From the human T2T-CHM13v2.0 reference genome, Homo sapiens, in assembly GCF_009914755.1 (NCBI RefSeq), contig NC_060932.1: a stretch of DNA of 64,000 nt. One strand, given 5' to 3'. A program made the translations under genes and the position numbers. Below the pieces are notes generated by a model. It was not told the origin of the DNA. It ran no database searches and saw only the letters and a program-made list of their open reading frames with translations. The first letter of the stretch is position 1, and each line of letters opens with the position of its first letter. Positions 51,901 to 64,000 of the stretch are shown here, in pieces.

Positions 51901-53187
51901 TGTGTTAAGCCATTCTTGCATTGCTGTAAAGAAATACTTGAGACTAGGTAATTTATAAGAAACGAGGGCCAGGTGCAGTTGCCCATTCTTGTAATCCCAG
52001 CACTTTGGGAGGCTGAGGTGGGTGGGTCACTTGAGGTCAGGATTCGAAATCAGCCTACCCAATATGGCGAAACCCCGTCTCTACTAAAAATACAAAAATT
52101 AGCTGGGTTTGGTGGTGTGCACCTGTAGTCCCAGCTACTTGGAGAGGCTGAGGCAGAAGAATCACTCGAACCCACTGTCTTTGATATTAGCACTTGGCTC
52201 CCTTTTAGTTTTGCAAATATCTTTAGCAAGTGGTTGCTGTACAGCCTGCTTAAAGTCCTCTTCTGAAGAAGCTTTTTCTTTCTCTCTCACCTGGCCAGGC
52301 TGCACATTTTTCAAACTTTTATGCTCTGCTTCCTGTTTAAATATAAATTCAAATTTTCAGTCATTTTCTTGCTTCCACATCTGGGCATAGGTTGTTAGAA
52401 GCAGCTGGTCCATGTCTTGAATGCTTTGCTACTTAGAAATTTCTTCTGCCAGGTACCCTAAATCATCACTCTGAAGTTCAAACTTCCATAGATCTCTAGG
52501 GCACAAATACAATCCAGCCAAGCTTTTTGCTGAGGCATAACATGGGTGATCTTTGCTCCACTTCTGAATAAGTTACTCATTTCCATCTGAGACATCAGCA
52601 GCCTGGACTTCATTGTCCATATCATTATCGGCATTTGGGTCACAACCTTTAAGAAGCTCCAAACTTTCCCTCATCTTCCCTTCTTCTCTGAGTCTTACAA
52701 ACTCTTCTAGCCTCTGCCTGTTACTCAGTTCTAACACTGTTTTCATGTTTTCAGGTATCTTTATAGCAAAACTTTACTACTGGTGCCAATTTTCTGTGTT
52801 AGGCCATTCTTGCATTGCTATAAAGAAATACCTGAGACTGGGTAATTTATAAGAAAATAAGTTTAATAGGCTCATGGTTCTTCAGGCTGTACAGGAAGCA
52901 AAGTGCCAGAATCTGCTTTTGGGGAGGCCTCAGGAAGCTTACAATCATGGCAGAAGGTGAAGAGGAAGCACGTGTCTCACATGGAGAGAGCAGGAGCAAA
53001 AAAGAGAGTAGTGGGGGAGATGCAATGCTTTACAACAACCAGATCTCACTCACTATCGTGAGGACAGCACCAAACCATGAGAGATACACCCCTATGACCC
53101 AAAACCTCCAACCAGGCCCCACCTCCAACATGGGGGATTACAATTCAACATGAGATTTGGTAGGGACATATATTCAGATTATATCAT
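51901..53187 (-). mobile_element. Deleted MST (MaLR) provirus: complete LTR 52795-53187, internal segment 52175-52794, terminal 65 bp of the other LTR 51901-51965
   Basis: Two copies of TGTGTTA(A/G)GCCATTCTTGCATTGCT.TAAAGAAATAC.TGAGACT.GGTAATTTATAAGAAA; MST/THE1-like internal sequence. Confidence 0.85.
51968..52173 (+). mobile_element. 3'-truncated Alu inside the MST element
   Basis: Alu body stops at GAACCC with no tail. Confidence 0.85.
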
Positions 53188-53550
53188 TGTCCTATTAAGT
53201 CAGTAAGTGTAAGAAGTCCCCTATGAAGCCAAACTTTGTAGGTGGCATTATTTTACCTAAGGTGGTACTGGAATAGTGATCAACCATAGAGATAGAGATG
53301 AACTATTCTTAATACAAGTTATTCAACAATTGAAAGACCTGCAGCTCTCTTTATCAGATCCGCCGTATGTATTAGCTTGCTATGTAGGTTTCCTTCTACT
53401 TGGTGTTATGTTCTGCCTGACTAAATTAGGAATATGGATATTACCATATTAGATTAATCTATTGCATCTAATGTTCTGCCAGTAACAGTTTCTGTTTCTT
53501 GGAAATTATTCTTTCCATCTTGTAAAAGTTGACTCAAAACTGCTAGTGTT

Positions 53551-53690
53551 GGCCAGGTATGGTACCTGTGCTGATAGTCCCAGCTACTCAGGAGGCTAAG
53601 GTGGGAGGATCACTTGAGCACAGGAATTCAAGACCAGCCTGGGTAATATAGAGAGACCCTGTCTCTTAAACAAACAAACAAACAAACAAC
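53551..53690 (+). mobile_element. FLAM with (AAAC)n tail
   Basis: Alu monomer. Confidence 0.82.
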
Positions 53691-53968
53691 CCAAACCTGC
53701 TACTACTATTTTTATTACTCTTGCCAGGTAAAGGAAGCTCTCTTTATGGGTAGAGAGATTAAGAAATGCACATATGGAATACTGAAGTATTATAGTCTGT
53801 AATTTTAAGGAAATTATCTACATTTAAAATCATTTAAAGCAAAATTTTAGCTTAACTATTGTGTTTTAGTCAAGTTTTATTCTTTTGAACATGTTCTCAG
53901 ACTATAAAGTTTTCCTGAGAAAAAGCAGTGGAAAATAAGTTAAAGATTAAAAAAAAATAAAAAAAATC

Positions 53969-54269
<301 letters not shown>

Positions 54270-55746
54270 AAGATTTTTGTTTAGAAAGGTTTAGATCACA
54301 TCATTTGCAATTCTAACTATATTCCCCTCTCCCTTTAATTTCACTACAGAAAAGAATAATATACAATAATAATGTGTATTCTATCTCAAATCTATAGACT
54401 GCTGTGCCTAAGTGTTATACTCACACAGCTATAAATGTTTTCTGTTTTCTCTTCAGATACTGTGTAAGTATATTGTGGGTAGGACCTAAGCATTGGAGGC
54501 AAACAGATTTTACTCATTAGAGAAAACTCACCTAAATATCCAACACCTCTATGCCTCAGTTTTCTGGTCTACAAAATGGAGTCAATAATACTGTTTTCAC
54601 AGGGATTTGTGAGGATTAAATGAAATAATTTATGCCAAAAAACTTCACTTTTAGTAAACACCTAGCAGTAGTAGCTACTATTACTACCATCTATTCTTCT
54701 CCTATATAAGCAATTTTTTTCTTAGTAAAGCTTAAGAAATTATATTTTTAAGAATGATATTAGAACAGGATTTGTATACACATTAAACATATCCAGTAGA
54801 ACCATGCTAAGGAATTTCTGACAATATTTTTTGAAACTTTTGTTTTTGAAGGATTCAAAATCTAGTGCATTAGACTTTTGAACTAGCTGTTCCTTCAAGC
54901 TGGAAGGCTTTTCCATCTCTATGCACATGGCCAATTTCACTACTCAAATGCCACCTTCTCAGTGAGTCCTGCCCTGACCAATCTAATTAATGTCACAGCC
55001 CATGATATGCCCATCTCTACTGTAATTGCTGATCTTCCTTACTATGCTTTATTTTTTCCATAGCACTTACCACCTTCTAATATATTTGATTTATTAATTA
55101 TTTTTTATTGTTAATTGACTATATTTTGAATTTTATGTTTAAGAATGATACATAATAGATGTACATATTTTTGAGGTGCATGTGATAATTTAATACATTC
55201 ATATAATTTATAAAGATCAAATCATTGTAGTTGAGATACCCCTTGATTATCTTTCTGTGCTAGGATATAAGTTCCACAGGGGCAGGAATATTTGTCTCTC
55301 ATCACTTGATATATCCAGGAAAGCCTAAAACAGCACATGGTAGTTTCTAAGTAAATATTTAATTAGTTCAATTGAGCAGAACCTCCCGATTAATCTCATC
55401 CTCCTAAACCCCATGTGTATGTTGGCTTGAGGTCTTTCATGTTAGCATAAGAAACCTGCTGCAGGGAAATTCATGGCCCACTAGATTTTTAAAACTCAGT
55501 TTTTAAACTGTTTTTTTCTGTCCTGTTGGCCACAACATTCTTGACAGGAGAAGCAGTGATCATAACTGTTGCTTTATTCCGTGAGAAGAATGAAATACCT
55601 TTTAATATTATTCTGAAGACTTTTTAGCAAAATACTTATAAGTGATAAAATGATAAGAACACAGTAAGTATTGGTTTGTGTGTGTGTTTTTAGTAAACAT
55701 TCACCTTGGTGTGTTTAAAGTAATAAATTTTTTTATAGAAACATAG

Positions 55747-55995
55747 TGTGTTAACTGGTCTGGCTGCCATAGCAGAATACCACAGACTTGTTAGCTTAAA
55801 CAATAGAAATTTATTTTTTGACAGTTCTGGACACTGGAAGTCCAAGATCATTGTGCCAGCAGGGTTGGTTTCTGGTGAGGTTCTCTCTCCTTGGGTTACA
55901 GATGGCTGCCTTCTTGTGTCCTCACATGGCCTTTTCTCTGGTGTTGCTTCCTCTTCTTGTAAGAACTCCAGTCCTATTGCATCAGGGCTCCAGAG
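55747..55995. mobile_element. MLT1A/B-like LTR fragment
   Basis: GCTGCCATAGCAGAATACCACAGACT...CTGGAAGTCCAAGATC. Confidence 0.7.
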
Positions 55996-56975
55996 CTCAT
56001 TTATCCCTCCTTACCTTTAAGATCATACCACAGTACTTTTTCACTTAACATTATATGAAGTCAAGTCAGACATTGCAAACTCATATGCTTACAGAGGCCA
56101 GGCAAGCAGTTAGCAAGGTAATAATGATAACTAACATTTACTGGGCCCTAACTGTGTGCCAAGTACTTTTCTAGGGGTTTATATGTATTACATGTATTAT
56201 CTTTCTTGACCTTCACAACAACCCTATAAGGTATATACCATTATTCTCTCCACATTTTAGATGAAGAAAATAAAGTATAAGGCTGAAAAGAATACATCTA
56301 GGGACACACAGCTAGTAGGTAGCTGCATTAACATTGAGACCCAGCTGTTGAAATGCCTGAAATGGGCCAGATGACTACTGCGATGAACAGGAGAGAGCAT
56401 GCCCCATCTAAAGGGGCAGCCACTGCTCATGAAGGACTAATCTAGCATAGAAGATGTTTCTGTTTTTTGTTAGCAGTCAAACATTTGTGTTTTTTGTGAA
56501 ATGTTGGCAATTAATTAGGAAAACAAACCAAAAAACCACCACTGAGTCAGACAAATCTTGTATGCAGATTGTGTTCATTCAGACTATGTTTATAAAATAG
56601 TAATAATAATAGTAGAATCTACATTTTAAGTGATAGAAGAATTAAATTGGGGCGTTTTATATACAACATTTTGCTCAGTGCTTGGCACATAGTGGTAAGT
56701 AAATGTTAGCTTTCATTAGTAGCATAAACATTTTCTCCAGTCATTGAGATTCTGCATGAGTATCATTTACTATTTTTATTTTAAAAAATTATATACCTAA
56801 CAACATCAGTACAGGTCTGTTGTAAAAAAAAAACCTCAAAAAAATGTAGCAGTATAGAGAGAAAACAACTGAAGTTGCATTTGCTTCCTACTCTCAACCG
56901 CCTTCCTCTCTCCATGTATAATTAAAAACCATAAATAGTATACAGTATTTATCTTTCTGGGATTTGCTTTTTTCA

Positions 56976-57095
56976 CTTAAAACATCTTGAAGATCTTCTG
57001 AAGTGAGTTCATACAAAGCTGCTTTAATCTTTTTAAAGGCTGCATGGTGTATCCTTTAGTGTGGATGTACCATAATCTATTGAACTAGGCCTCTC
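56976..57095 (+). repeat. Copy 1 of a 120-bp dispersed direct repeat
   Basis: ~95% identical to 59701-59819. Confidence 0.95.
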
Positions 57096-57602
57096 AATTG
57101 TCATTTAGGTAGTTTTCAATATTTCGCTCTTATAAAAAAGGCTCTGCAAAGATTATCTTTTTGTACATTTTTGAATATTTCCCTAGGATAGAATCCTAGA
57201 TGGAATTGCTGGGCCAAAAGCATATTAAGAATTTTTACAACTATTGCACCTTTGTTACATATATTTTAGTAGTTTTGTAATATTCCATTTTATGGATCTA
57301 CCTTTATTTACTTTACCATTTCCTTATGTTGAAATATTTAGGTTGTTTCCAGTTTGCCACTATAAATAGTCGTGTGATAAATTTCTTTGTGGGTAGGTCA
57401 TATTTTTAAAAGATAAATAGCCTGAGAGGAAGTTATCAACTATCAAGTATATTTCTGAGACTTTCCCAAAGCTATTATAAGAACTGTATTTAGTGGCAAT
57501 ATATTATTTTTAGGAAAAGTAGAGCTTTGATAAAATCATTGCCAAGCGTTTTTAATATTATACTTAAGATATTTTGGAACTTAAATATCTGTTTTATTTT
57601 AG

Positions 57603-58153
<551 letters not shown>

Positions 58154-59700
58154 TGAGCATACATGTTTAATCATTACCACTGTTTTTCTTTTTCCAAACA
58201 GAAGCTACCATTTTGTATCTTATCTGGGTAGTCAAATGTACAAAGATCCCTTTGCATGAAGCACAAAGGTTACTTGCTCCTCACTATTGTGCTAATATAA
58301 GTCATTGCCATACTGTCAGAATTTTCCAGGTTCATTAATAAAAATGTTTAAATTTATCTAATTAGGTTTTTTCTGATATGAACTCAGTTTTCATGAGAAG
58401 GAAAAAGACATTTCTATGTCTTACAGAACTTTTATCTTCTGTGTATATTCTAAGTCTGATTGTGTAAATATGGCATTTCACTTGTAACTGAGAGAGTACT
58501 CACTTTTTTGATACTTATCATTGATTTAACTAAATGAAATTTTTGCTGCAATAATGCAGTAGCTATGTGGTTAGCTAGGTACAGAGTCATAGAACTAAAG
58601 CAACCTTAAGAATCATGTTGTTATAGGTAGAGAAACGAGACTCTAAATAGGCCCTCAGAATTCCATGATTCTCTGTATATTTAATTTTTTATGACCTCTC
58701 CATTATTACTTTAAGTGATTCTACTTTTGATTCTGTCCTGTTAAAAAGCAATTCATGATCCTTAGTTGAATGTATTAAAAAAATTCCAGGCTTTTCTTAT
58801 ATTAATTAATGGGAATAACGCCATTGTATTTATGTGGAGACTTATAGTTTTCAAAGTATTTTCACATATTTTGCCTTTTTGAAGCTATAGTTATTATGTT
58901 TTTAATATGTAAAAGAAACAGAATGTGCAGTGAGAAAGAAGTTTATAGGTTTTAGGAAAAGCTGGAAAAAAAGTGCTTTAGTTGTTGGTATTAGAAGTCA
59001 ATTTTCAAACTGCACATTCTCAATAAGACAAAAATGTTTAAAGAAATACAGTAAAAGTGCTGATGAACAAATACATATGTAATAGGTAAGATTAAATGAG
59101 TACTCTGTATGAGCAATATTGAGAATTATGTAGTTGTAATATTGAAGAAAGATAAAAGTTGCTTTTGCAAGGAATTTAGAAATATGGTAAATTCTCTGTT
59201 ACTTGCCATTCTAATAATGGAAAATTTGCACATCTACAGAACTATTTTCATCAGCATTGAAATGAGGACCTTAAGGTACATTGTGTTATAAATTATAAAT
59301 TGTATTATAAAAGAAAGGCCAAATTGCCTTGATTTTCAGTGTCTCTTGATACACCTAGTAATTTTTGATTGAATATTACACATTGTATACAAAAGATGAT
59401 AGAAGTTTCAAATGCTACTGTTTTGCTTTTTCTCTAGTAGGCATTTAGACTAAGGTTCAATCTGCTTTGGTTTGTAGTTTCTAGGGAACTGAGAGTATGG
59501 TGTGGTCATCTCACCTCCACAAGTCCTGAACACTAATTTTTATCTTGGCACCACAAGACTACCAGAAAGCCTGTTTTGCTTTTTCAAGACTTTCTGCTTA
59601 GCTTTTAGCCTCTATGGTGTAGTTTCAAAATTTGGCACATACGTTGTTGGAAAAATTGATTGAGTTGAGGTCCCTCAGTCAACAGACCTCTAAAACCTAG

Positions 59701-59819
59701 CTTAAACATCTTGAAGATCTTCTGAAGTGAGTTCATACAAAGCTGCTTTGCTCTTTTTAAAGGCTGCATGGTGTATCCTTTAGTATGGATGTACTATAAT
59801 CTATTGAATTAGGCCTCTC
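59701..59819 (+). repeat. Copy 2 of a 120-bp dispersed direct repeat
   Basis: ~95% identical to 56976-57095. Confidence 0.95.
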
Positions 59820-60308
59820 TTCTTGCCTAACAACAGCCCTTTGCTTGGGCAGAATCCAGGTTTTCAACCTCTTGTTCTGAGTAATAGAATCAGCAAATAT
59901 TTCCAAGCAACAAACATTTGTAAATATATCAGCCCAGTTTGTAGTTTCTCTTAATTGCTTTGCCGGGAGCATTGGTCTATTCCAATATGCTGGATCCTAC
60001 CTAGAAGTATAGTGTGTAACGTGCGGTCTTAAATTGTTCCAAGTATAAAGTAAAACAAAACCTTTGCTGTTAACATTGATAATTTAAAGACCTCAAAACA
60101 ATATAATTCGATTTGCTATGCTCCCAACTAATATATTTATATTGTTGTCATTTTAATGCCTGTTTTTAATCCCACTAGATATTATTATGTATTTTTCTAC
60201 TTTATGTAGTTAAATTCTACTGAATTTTGTTTATGTTTACCCATATATTTATACTCTCTTTATTTTTTATTTCTTCTTGAATCTCAGGACTTCTACCTAG
60301 AATTACTT

Positions 60309-60606
<298 letters not shown>

Positions 60607-61346
60607 TAGAATTACTTTACTTCTGCCTTCCTGAGGTCTGCCTTTTAGAATTTCATCTATTGACGGGCTGTTGGTGACATCACCTCTCAATTTTTGGTTG
60701 TTTGAAAATGTCTTTATTTCATTATCTTTCTTGAGAGATATTTTAGTGGCTATAGAATTCTAGATGAGTAGTTATTTTCTCTCTGCATATTATATTTGAT
60801 TGTTTTTTGGTTTCTATTGTTGCTCTGGAGGAGTTAGATTTTAGTCTCATTGCCGCTCTTTTGAAAGTGTTTTGTCTTTTCCTCCTCTGGCTGCTCTTAA
60901 GATTTTTCTCTTTATCTGTGGGTTTCTACAGTTTAATTATATGTTTAGATGTAGATTTTGTTTCTCTTGCTTAGGATTTGTTGGTCCTCTTGATTCTGTG
61001 GATTATTATCTTCTATTAATTCTATATAATTGTCAGCCATTAACTTTTTTAACATTTTCTTTACTATATTTAGTGTTTCTTTCCCTTCTGGGATGCCAAT
61101 CAAATGTAAGTTACACGTTCTCACTGTGTTTAACATAACTATTAAATGTTAGATTTTAAAAATTCTTATTTTTGAACTCTTTGTGATACATTCTGTGGAA
61201 TGTTATAATCCAGATTCCTCCCTCTCATTCCTTGTATCATTGCTATCATTCATTTCACTTGTACTAAGTATACATAAGCATATAAATATATACACATAAG
61301 CATACATAATCAAATATATTGTCCTATTATTTTGAACTGTTATCTG

Positions 61347-61410
61347 GATCAATTAAAATTAAGATCAATTAAATATAATTATATTTAATTGGTCTTAATT
61401 TTAATTGATC
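61347..61410. repeat. 64-bp AT-rich spacerless palindrome (one mismatch)
   Basis: Arms 61347-61378 and 61379-61410 are reverse complements except T61365:G61392. Confidence 0.95.
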
Positions 61411-62328
61411 TGACAAAGGGCTAATATCCAGAATCTACAATGAACTCAAACAAATTTACAAGAAAAAAACAAACAACCCCATCAAAAAGTGGGCGAAGGA
61501 CATGAACAGACACTTCTCAAAAGAAGACATTTATGCAGCCAAAAAACACATGAAAAAATGCTCACCATCACTGGCCATCAGAGAAATGCAAATCAAAACC
61601 ACAATGAGATACCATCTCACACCAGTTAGAATGGCAATCATTAAAAAGTCAGGAAACAACAGGTGCTGGAGAGGATGTGGAGAAATAGGAACACTTTTAC
61701 ACTGTTGCTGGGACTGTAAACTAGTTCAACCATTGTGGAAGTCAGTGTGGCGATTCCTCAGGGATCTAGAACTAGAAATACCATTTGACCCAGCCATCCC
61801 ATTACTGGGTATATACCCAAAGGACTATAAATCATGCTGCTATAAAGACACGTGCACACGTATGTTGATTGCAGCACTATTCACAATAGCAAAGACTTGG
61901 AACCAACCCAAATGTCCAACAACAATAGACTGGATTAAGAAAATGTGGCACATATACACCATGGAATACTACGCAGCCATAAAAAATGAAGAGTTCATGT
62001 CCTTTGTAGGGACATGGGTGAAATTGGAAATCATCATTCTCAGTAAACTATCACAAGAACAAAAAACCAAACACCGCATATTCTCACTCATAGGTGGGAA
62101 TTGAACAATGAGAACACATGGACACAGGAAGGGGAACATCACACCCTGGGGACTGTTGTGGGGTGGGGGGAGCGGGGAGGGATAGCATTAGGAGATATAC
62201 CTAATGCTAAATGACGAGTTACTGGGTGCAGCACACCAGCATGGCACATGTATACATATGTAACTAACCTGCACATTGCACACATGTACCGTAAAACTTA
62301 AAGTATAATAATAATAATAATAATAATA
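61408..62328 (+). mobile_element. 5'-truncated L1PA2/3-like element (ORF2 C-terminus + 3'UTR + (TAA)n tail)
   Basis: ORF 61502..62104 is an uninterrupted ORF2 C-terminus ending SLIGGN*. Confidence 0.93.
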
Positions 62329-62717
62329 AAGAAAATGTGGCACACATACACCATGGAATACTATGCAGCCATAAAAAATGATGAGTTCATGTCCTTTGCA
62401 GGAACATGGATGAAATTGGAAATCATCATTCTCAGTAAACTATTGCAAGGGCAAAAAACCAAACACCGCATGTTCTCACTCATAGGTGGGAATTGAACAA
62501 TGAGAACACATGGACACAGGAAGGGGAACATCACACTCTGGGGACTGTTGTGGGGTGGGGGGAGGGGGGAGGGATAGCATTAGGAGATATACCTAATGCT
62601 AAGTGATGAGTTAATGGGTGCAGCACACCAGCATGGCACATGTATACATATGTAACTAACCTGCATATTGTGCACATGTACTCTAAAACTTAAAGTATAA
62701 TAATAAAATAAAAAAAA
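62329..62717 (+). mobile_element. Second L1PA3-like 3' fragment in tandem with the first
   Basis: Repeats 61937-62310 with ~21 substitutions; has its own A-tail. Confidence 0.9.
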
Positions 62718-63057
62718 TTATATTTAAATAATTTAAATAAAATTAAATCAATTAAAAATAAGAAAAATAAGTTTTTGTTTATCTTCAATTATTCCTTTTT
62801 CAGTGCTCTTCCTTTCTTTATATATTTTAATTGATCCAAGTTTCTGACCTGTAACATTTTCCTTTTCTTTGAAGAATCTATTTTAACGTTTCTTGCAAGG
62901 CAAGTCTACTGGCAACAAGTTTCCCCAGTGTTTGTGGAAATCTTTATTCTCCTTCACTTTTGAAGCATAATTTCACAGGGTACAGAATTCACAGTGGTGT
63001 TTTCTTTCTTTCCTCTCCTTTTTTTACTCTCAACACTTTAAATATTTCACTCCATTC

Positions 63058-63518
63058 TTTTTTTTTTTTTTTGAGACAGAATCTCACTGTGTTGCTCAGG
63101 CTGGAGTGCTGCAGTGGTGCGGTCACAGGTAACTGCAACCTCTAACTCCCTGGGCTCAGGTGATCCTCCCACTTCAGCCCCACAAATAGCTGGGACTACA
63201 GGTGTGTGCCACCACACCGAGATAGCTAATATATATATATATATTTGGTAGAGACAGAGTTCTTTTTTCTTTTTAGATGGATTGTTGCTCTGTTGCCCAG
63301 GCTGGAGTGCAGTGGCCCGATATTGGCTCACTGCAACCTCCGCCTCCCAGGTTCAAGCAATTCTCCTTCCTTAGCCTCCTGAGTAGCTGGGACTACAGGC
63401 ATGTGCCACCATGCCTGGCTAATTTTTGTATTTTTCATAGAGACAGGGTTTTACCATGTTGCCCAGGCTGGTTTTGAACTTTTAGGCTCAAGTGATCCGT
63501 CTCCTTCGGCCTCTCAAA
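63058..63518 (-). mobile_element. Two partial AluJ-like elements in tandem
   Basis: Two Alu bodies (63058-63260, 63273-63518); flanking TCCATTCT repeat. Confidence 0.8.
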
Positions 63519-63614
63519 TCCATTCTCTTCTTGCTTGAATGGTTTCTGAGGAGAAAGTGAATGTAATTTTTACCTTTACTCCTTTAGGTGTTTTTTCCTC
63601 TTTGGCCTCTTTTA

Positions 63615-64000
63615 AAATTTTTTTTCAGTTTTAATTATTATGGGTACATAATAGGTGTATATATTTATGGAGTACATGTAATGTTTTGATAGACATATAT
63701 AATGTATGATAATCACATAAGGGTAATTGGGATATTTATCACCTCAAGTATTTATTTTTTCTTTGTGTTAGGAACATTCCAATTTCACTCTTAGTTATTT
63801 AAAAATACACAGTAAATTATCGTTGACTTTAATCACCCTGTTATGTTATCAAATGCTAGAGCCTATTCATTCTAACTACATTTGTGCACCCATTAACCAT
63901 CCCCACTTCTGCCTTACTCCCTGCTACGCTTCCCAGGCTCTGGTAACTATTATTCTACTCTCTATCTCCATGAGTTTGTTTCAATTTTTAGCTCCAATGT
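63615..64000 (-). mobile_element. L1MA-type 3' end
   Basis: TATGGGTACATAATAGGTGTATATATTTATGG... typical L1MA 3'UTR. Confidence 0.75.

Overview
Hominid (human or great-ape-like) genomic DNA containing a head-to-head gene pair. The complete 7-exon LACTB2 gene (metallo-beta-lactamase-fold endoribonuclease) lies on the minus strand. Its CDS runs from 47027 to 15767, and the exons assemble by hand to 867 nt (288 aa plus stop) with all GT-AG junctions in phase. The 5' part of XKR9 (XK-related phospholipid scramblase; two inferred 5'UTR exons and the first coding exon) lies on the plus strand. The two genes share a CpG-island bidirectional promoter (~46740-47400). The rest is intronic or intergenic and repeat-dense: about 35 Alu elements, a near full-length L1PA with an internal deletion, a twin-primed L1, a tandem L1 pair, L1PB1, HAL1-like and old L1M remnants, MaLR/ERV LTRs, MER2 and a 7SL retrocopy. 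Nearly all ORFs in the supplied track are repeat-derived or spurious. I see no evidence of a wholly new multi-gene system. The most notable items are a 120-bp non-tandem duplication bracketing XKR9's first coding exon, an Alu monomer whose TSD duplicated a LACTB2 splice donor, three CLEAR/M-box-type E-boxes in the shared promoter, a PTS1-like C-terminus on LACTB2, chained uORFs in the XKR9 leader, an open L1 ORF0/antisense promoter aimed at LACTB2, and several hairpin or templated-insertion scars. Repeat boundaries and subfamilies are by-eye estimates from recalled consensus sequences.
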